Part shown: positions 27,389 to 32,000 of the stretch, piece after piece
How positions within the stretch are numbered: position 1 is the stretch's first letter
How the letters are laid out: each line of letters begins with the position of its first letter
From: Sulfolobus acidocaldarius DSM 639
GTDB taxonomy: Archaea > Thermoproteota > Thermoprotei_A > Sulfolobales > Sulfolobaceae
DNA: 32,000 nt
Reading direction: 5' to 3'
NCBI RefSeq assembly: GCF_000012285.1
Contig: NC_007181.1
Span: 330,001 to 362,000, forward strand
Notes under the pieces: model-generated
The model's input: only the letters and a program-made list of their open reading frames with translations
Database searches by the model: none
What the model was told of the DNA's origin: nothing
Position numbers and translations under genes: made by a program

Positions 27389-28888
27389 GTGGAAAAGAAA
27401 AAGGTAGAGGAGAAGAAAATAAGACCAATTTACGTTGGTTTATTCAATTTCGGTACGAGAATAGTTAGTGCTCCCATTTCTTTTGTATTCACTTACCTGG
27501 TAGCCCATTACCTCAGTAATTTGCAGAACGGGCAAATAATATTTGCTACATGGCAGTCTATGTTCGTACTAATAATGGGTTACTTTACCTTACCTGCAGA
27601 TATTTTCTCGTTAGTGACATCAAGGTTCTCTGTTGAAAACAGACCTGTGGGTGGAATATTATTATTAAATTTGATAACAGGTGCAATTTCCTCCCTAATA
27701 TATGTAGTATTAACCCCTTATCTCATGTCAACTATAGGATATTTTAATACTTACGCGTTCTATTCAGGAATAATAGTTATATTGACATTCTACGTACTTC
27801 GTATAACTACTGCAATAACTAGAGGATTATCGCCAAGGATGATCGGAATCTCAGGCGTGATCTTTCAGATATCTAGATTAGTAATCGTTCTGGTATTATT
27901 TTACGTTTTTAAATTAAATATACTGGCTGTATCCCTAGCTTACGGTATAGGCTATTTAGCTCAAACTCTGGTATATTCAAATTTTATAAAATCTAACCTC
28001 AAGGTTGATTTTAAAACAACTGTAGAAATAGCTAAAAAGTCACTGACCACAATAATATCATTTCTGCAACTCATATTAGAGGCTACAATAGTATGGATAA
28101 CACTGGCTATAACAAACGATGCGATTACAGTAGCTTACTTTGAGTCTGCAATAATAATATCCAACATAGTCACGTGGACATACTCGCTCTATGACGGGTT
28201 AATTGCAAAATTGAGTGAAACTAAAAGCGCTGAGGTTGTGGAGAATTTCGTTAAACTTTATTTTGTAGTATCAGCCTTTTTTCTATCCCTAGTTATAATA
28301 GAGGGTAGAGGGCTTCTATACCACCTTAGACCAGAGTATATGCAAGCCTTTATAACTTTCATAATAATTTCGATCTCCTCTTTCCTAAGAGGACTCAACA
28401 CATTATTTTATCAGGCGGTTGTAATGATCGATAGGGCTTTAGGTAGCGAAGAGCGATTTGACATTAAAAAAAGTTACACTGCAAAGTTAAATGCTTCAAA
28501 TACTATCTTCGCTATTATAGGAGTAGGTATTTCAGTAATCTTAGTCTATATTTACAAAGGATCCTCCCCTGCCCTATTATCTTCACTGATGACAATAGGA
28601 GTTACAGTAAATTCAGTTTGGATGACAATTTCCTCAGCTAGGATTTGTAAATCCCTTTATTCAATGAAAATTCCGGTAAAAGATATTGTAACTTCAACCT
28701 TCATAAGTATATTTACTACATTAGTAGGGATCATGTTCTTCTCTAGTAATTTTAGTTACCTTTACATGTTGGTATCTGCTCTGATCGGAAGCAGCATTTT
28801 CATAAGCCTCAGTTATGTATCAAGTCCCTTTGCAAGATATATTATTAAAAGAGGGTTAGTGGAGATAAGAAAAATTCTTATGCAATAA
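27389..28888 (+). CDS. Polysaccharide biosynthesis/flippase-like (MOP superfamily) membrane protein
   Basis: 499 aa with about 12-14 TMs, FGTRIVSAPISFVFTYLVAHYLSNLQNGQIIFATWQ at the N-terminus. Adjacent to glycan genes. Confidence 0.75.
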   Translation: MEKKKVEEKKIRPIYVGLFNFGTRIVSAPISFVFTYLVAHYLSNLQNGQIIFATWQSMFVLIMGYFTLPADIFSLVTSRFSVENRPVGGILLLNLITGAISSLIYVVLTPYLMSTIGYFNTYAFYSGIIVILTFYVLRITTAITRGLSPRMIGISGVIFQISRLVIVLVLFYVFKLNILAVSLAYGIGYLAQTLVYSNFIKSNLKVDFKTTVEIAKKSLTTIISFLQLILEATIVWITLAITNDAITVAYFESAIIISNIVTWTYSLYDGLIAKLSETKSAEVVENFVKLYFVVSAFFLSLVIIEGRGLLYHLRPEYMQAFITFIIISISSFLRGLNTLFYQAVVMIDRALGSEERFDIKKSYTAKLNASNTIFAIIGVGISVILVYIYKGSSPALLSSLMTIGVTVNSVWMTISSARICKSLYSMKIPVKDIVTSTFISIFTTLVGIMFFSSNFSYLYMLVSALIGSSIFISLSYVSSPFARYIIKRGLVEIRKILMQ

Positions 28889-28903
28889 CATGAAGAGAAA
28901 TTT

Positions 28904-29311
28904 ATGATTGGTTTTGAAATTAGGATGAAAAGACTTTTTGAGAGAGGCAAAGCCTTCGTAGTAGCTCTAGACCACGGTCTAGTAATGGGACCATTAAAAG
29001 GTATTGAGAGGGTAGCAGAAGTGGTTAGAAAAATATCGTTTAATGGACCAGACGCACTTCAAATGACGCCTGGTATGTTAAAGATCGTGAAGGAGAACTT
29101 CTTCTCCAGAGGATCTCCCATGTTAATAGCAAGATTAGATACGGCAAATGTATGGAGGTCTGATTATAAGAGATTCGAAAGTGGATATTATTCACAAATA
29201 TATTCTGTTAAGGATGCTATTGAGGCTGGAGCTGACGCCGTAGTTACGTATTTCGTGGTAGGATATGGAGATGATCGTGTAGAGGGATATAACATCGAGA
29301 GTTTTGGCTAA
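28904..29311 (+). CDS. Class I fructose-bisphosphate aldolase / DhnA-type aldolase, N-terminal fragment
   Basis: VVALDHGLVMGPLKGIE and DALQMTPGMLK; ends ...VEGYNIESFG* exactly where the downstream frame continues the domain. Confidence 0.85.
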   Translation: MIGFEIRMKRLFERGKAFVVALDHGLVMGPLKGIERVAEVVRKISFNGPDALQMTPGMLKIVKENFFSRGSPMLIARLDTANVWRSDYKRFESGYYSQIYSVKDAIEAGADAVVTYFVVGYGDDRVEGYNIESFG

Positions 29312-29723
29312 AGCGAGAAGAGAAGCAAATGACTATGGAATACCGTTTATAATCGAGCCATTATTTGTCTCTCCTGATAATCCAGATTCTGTTAAAGATC
29401 CCAAGTTAGTTAAATACGTAACTAGATTAGCCTCAGAGATAGGTGCGGACATCCTCAAAGTAGATTATACAGGGGACAAAAACTCATTTAGGGAAGTAGT
29501 AGATTTGGCTTTTGCACCAATCTTAATAAGGGGAGGTCCTAAAACAAAAAATGATACTGAATTCCTACAAATGCTAAAAGACGCTATTCAGGCGGGTGCC
29601 TCAGGAATTACGGTCGGGAGAAACTTATGGCAGTCCAAAGAGCCGGATAAAATGGCAAGAGCGATTTCTGGATTAGTTCATGAGGGAAAGGATATTGGGG
29701 AAATATTAAAAATACTGGGTTGA
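29304..29723 (+). CDS. Class I fructose-bisphosphate aldolase / DhnA-type aldolase, C-terminal fragment
   Basis: (TTG)AKARREANDYGIPFIIEPLF...ADILKVDYTGD (Schiff-base Lys region)...APILIRGGPK...GASGITVGRNLWQ. Confidence 0.85.
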   Translation: MAKARREANDYGIPFIIEPLFVSPDNPDSVKDPKLVKYVTRLASEIGADILKVDYTGDKNSFREVVDLAFAPILIRGGPKTKNDTEFLQMLKDAIQAGASGITVGRNLWQSKEPDKMARAISGLVHEGKDIGEILKILG

Positions 29724-30874
29724 AGTTTAAACTTGTGTTTAAACAACTAATAATTAAATATTTTGGGATAATATCTGTTGTAATCCTTGCAACAATAATC
29801 TCTATTTACACCTTTTACACTGTTTCAACATTTGCGGGTATAAAGGATTACGTTGGAGACGAAGTGTGGTACCCTTCAGCTGCATATAATATATTAAAGC
29901 TTGTATTTCACGTCCAAGTACCTATGAATTTTCCATATCCAAATGAAGCTAATATACAATACTACGTAAATCCGGAGCATCCTCCACTACCTAAGTATAT
30001 CATGGCACTCTTCATATACGCTTTAGGCTATAATCCATTAGTCTGGAGAATACCTTCATGGATTTTAGGTGATCTCACAATTATTATTGCCTTTCTAATG
30101 GCTAGAAAACTTATCGGAAACAATGTATTGGGAAATGTATCTGGGTTAATTGCATCTGTACTGATTGCATTAGACCCAAACATATGGGTTATGCACGGAA
30201 TTGCTATGCTCGAGATATATGCTGGATTTTTCTCCCTCTTCACACTCTATCTTCTGCTCTCAGATAGAATAAAGTCGTCTTCTGTAGGTTTAGGTTTAGC
30301 ATTCCTGGCTAAAGAGAGCTTGCTACCCCTTCTTATACCATACATATATTATCTAGGAGAGATAGTAAAACAACGTACCAAGAGAGTTATTTATGGGATA
30401 CTTATTCCGGTAGCAATATACGTGGCTTTTTCAATACCATTAATTATCTATTTTGGTGGTATAAAACAATGGTTAGATGCGTCATTTCTGCACATGCTAA
30501 GTTGGGATGTTACTAATGGGCACATTTCCCTTTCTGCAACAAACCAGATAAGTGCACCGTGGGATTGGTTCTTAGATATTCACCCATTTTTCTTAGGCTA
30601 TGGACTATATGCTAATGTGAATCCGCTTCTAATGTGGGCTTGGGTCGTAACTACACCATTAGCCTTTATAATGAAAGACATTAAACTAATTATCTTCACC
30701 ATGTCTGCATGGTCTATATGGCTGGGTTTTGTAGCCGTATACTTTCTGGGAAATCATACATTGTTCAGCTTCTATGTTACTGATTTTGCTACAATCTCAG
30801 ATGTTTACGTGCCTATCTCATTATTTAAATTTCTTAACTGGATAGAACTAAGGAATAAGGGTGAAAATAATTGA
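29720..30874 (+). CDS. PMT/ArnT-like integral membrane glycosyltransferase-type protein
   Basis: 384 aa, DEVWYPSAAYNIL acidic motif after TM1, NPEHPPLPKYIMALF (EHPP), multiple TMs. TTG start overlaps the aldolase stop. Confidence 0.75.
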   Translation: MKFKLVFKQLIIKYFGIISVVILATIISIYTFYTVSTFAGIKDYVGDEVWYPSAAYNILKLVFHVQVPMNFPYPNEANIQYYVNPEHPPLPKYIMALFIYALGYNPLVWRIPSWILGDLTIIIAFLMARKLIGNNVLGNVSGLIASVLIALDPNIWVMHGIAMLEIYAGFFSLFTLYLLLSDRIKSSSVGLGLAFLAKESLLPLLIPYIYYLGEIVKQRTKRVIYGILIPVAIYVAFSIPLIIYFGGIKQWLDASFLHMLSWDVTNGHISLSATNQISAPWDWFLDIHPFFLGYGLYANVNPLLMWAWVVTTPLAFIMKDIKLIIFTMSAWSIWLGFVAVYFLGNHTLFSFYVTDFATISDVYVPISLFKFLNWIELRNKGENN

Positions 30875-31644
30875 TCGAGAAGGCTGTTATTACCGCAGCA
30901 GGTAAGGGAAGTAGAATGAAATACATAACTACAGTGCTTCCAAAGGCACTTTTACCTCTTTTTAGTAGTGAAAATGGAGATCTAATTACGAGACCTGTTA
31001 TAGATCTTATTTTTGATTCTTTGTCTTCTGTTGGAGTTAAAAAGTTCTGTATAGTTGTTGGAAAACATGGAAAATTATTGATGGACTATCTATTTGATAT
31101 GGGGGTTACTTTTGTATTTCAACCTCATCCGAAAGGGTTCGGTGATGCAGTATTAAAAGCTGAAGACTTCTCTAGTAACGACCCATTCATAGTTCATGCT
31201 GATGATGGAGTATTAACAGGAGGGTATAAGGAGGCTGTCTCACTTTTTGATGAGGTAAAACCAGATGCTGTGCTTTTACTTAGAGAAGTTAAGAATCCTA
31301 AGAGATATGGTATAGTTGATGTTAAAGATGAAGGAGAGTATATGGGGCATAAAATGTATAGAGTGATTGAAGCTCAAGAAAAACCCCAAAATCCTAGGTC
31401 AAACATAGGTATATCTGCTGTATACATATTTTCTCCAAAAATATTTCAGGGTTTGAATAAGGTTAAAGTAGAGGAGGGAAAAGAGCTCGAACTAACATAC
31501 GGAATTCAAAATATCATAAGCGAAGGCGGTGAGGTATATGGAATTCTGTTGAAAGATGAAAAATGGTTAAATGTAGGAGATCCAGTAAGTTATATCGACG
31601 CTTTAAACCTCACTTACTCTTTTCATGTTAAGAAGTATCAGTGA
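30871..31644 (+). CDS. Sugar-1-phosphate nucleotidyltransferase (GalU/UGPase-like)
   Basis: AVITAAGKGSRMKYITTVLPKALLPL, VHADDGVL, YGIVDVKDEG, PRSNIGISAVYIF. TTG start overlaps the previous stop. Confidence 0.9.
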   Translation: MIEKAVITAAGKGSRMKYITTVLPKALLPLFSSENGDLITRPVIDLIFDSLSSVGVKKFCIVVGKHGKLLMDYLFDMGVTFVFQPHPKGFGDAVLKAEDFSSNDPFIVHADDGVLTGGYKEAVSLFDEVKPDAVLLLREVKNPKRYGIVDVKDEGEYMGHKMYRVIEAQEKPQNPRSNIGISAVYIFSPKIFQGLNKVKVEEGKELELTYGIQNIISEGGEVYGILLKDEKWLNVGDPVSYIDALNLTYSFHVKKYQ

Positions 31645-31696
31645 TTTTCCAAGAACGATCAAGAAATCAAGTAAAAAGATAAATCATGATTTATGT

Positions 31697-32000
31697 TTAT
31701 CTTACTCTTTTAACGTATTGTGGTTTTCTCCATTTAGTCTTTGGCAATATAACATGCTTAAATCTCTCTAACCTAGTCTTATAAGGTAGTAGATCCTTTA
31801 TCATTATTTTAACATCCTCAGGTAATCTCTTTTTAGGATAAAATCCTAAGGATGGCAACACTTTCCTCTCAGGGTTGTAGTAATGCTCTTCCGCCTCCAC
31901 TCTAGGATTTTCGTATGAACCTATTTCCACATTTAATCCTAGCTCCTCTCCAGCCTTCTTTACAAATTCAGCTATTTTCTTAACACTATATATCTCTGCA
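31697..32000 (-). CDS. agl3: 3' part of a UDP-sulfoquinovose synthase-like NAD-dependent epimerase; 5' end outside the window
   Basis: Frame stays open to 32000 (AEIYSVKKIAEFVKKAGEELGLNVEIGSYENPRVEAEEHYYNPERKVLPSLGF...LERFKHVILPKTKW), the SQD1/Agl3 C-terminal signature. Confidence 0.8.
   Translation of the reverse strand, partial: AEIYSVKKIAEFVKKAGEELGLNVEIGSYENPRVEAEEHYYNPERKVLPSLGFYPKKRLPEDVKIMIKDLLPYKTRLERFKHVILPKTKWRKPQYVKRVR

Noticed and set aside
1-32000. CRISPR arrays, tRNA/rRNA genes, IS elements or integrase signatures
   Set aside because: No regularly spaced direct repeats, no TTCGAATC-type T-loop cloverleaf candidates, no transposase or integrase motifs seen by eye. A tRNAscan or ISfinder run would settle this.

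Overview
This 32 kb window looks like chromosome from a Sulfolobales crenarchaeon. Gene content and order strongly resemble Sulfolobus acidocaldarius; this is recalled from memory and no search was run. It encodes: (i) an anaerobic-type cobalamin pathway in two blocks: cobY near 6.5 kb; cbiF, cbiL, cbiT, cbiD, cbiH, a cbiX-cbiC fusion, cbiE and cbiG from 8 to 14.7 kb; and cbiB, cobS, cbiP from 21.5 to 24.5 kb; (ii) housekeeping genes (guaAb, HtpX-like protease, ABC exporter, CBS-domain protein); (iii) a nucleotide-sugar/glycan region at the right edge (flippase-like, PMT-like membrane protein, nucleotidyltransferase, agl3-like sulfoquinovose synthase 3' end). The most interesting accessory region is 15.8-19.5 kb, a minus-strand set of secreted or membrane-anchored, Asn/Thr/Tyr-rich, beta-type proteins. 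It includes a 206-aa protein matching what I recall of the archaeal 'thread' filament subunit, a 179-aa apparent paralog directly downstream (candidate minor subunit), and a translationally coupled 442-aa protein with a lectin-like C-terminal half (candidate tip adhesin). Upstream lies a membrane-anchored exported protein that looks split by a frameshift. Just downstream of this locus are two convergent C/D-box sRNA-like elements; one uses the stop codon of the lectin-like gene as part of its C box. A second apparent frameshift splits a class-I aldolase/DhnA-type gene at 29.3 kb. I saw no CRISPR, rRNA, tRNA or transposase signal.
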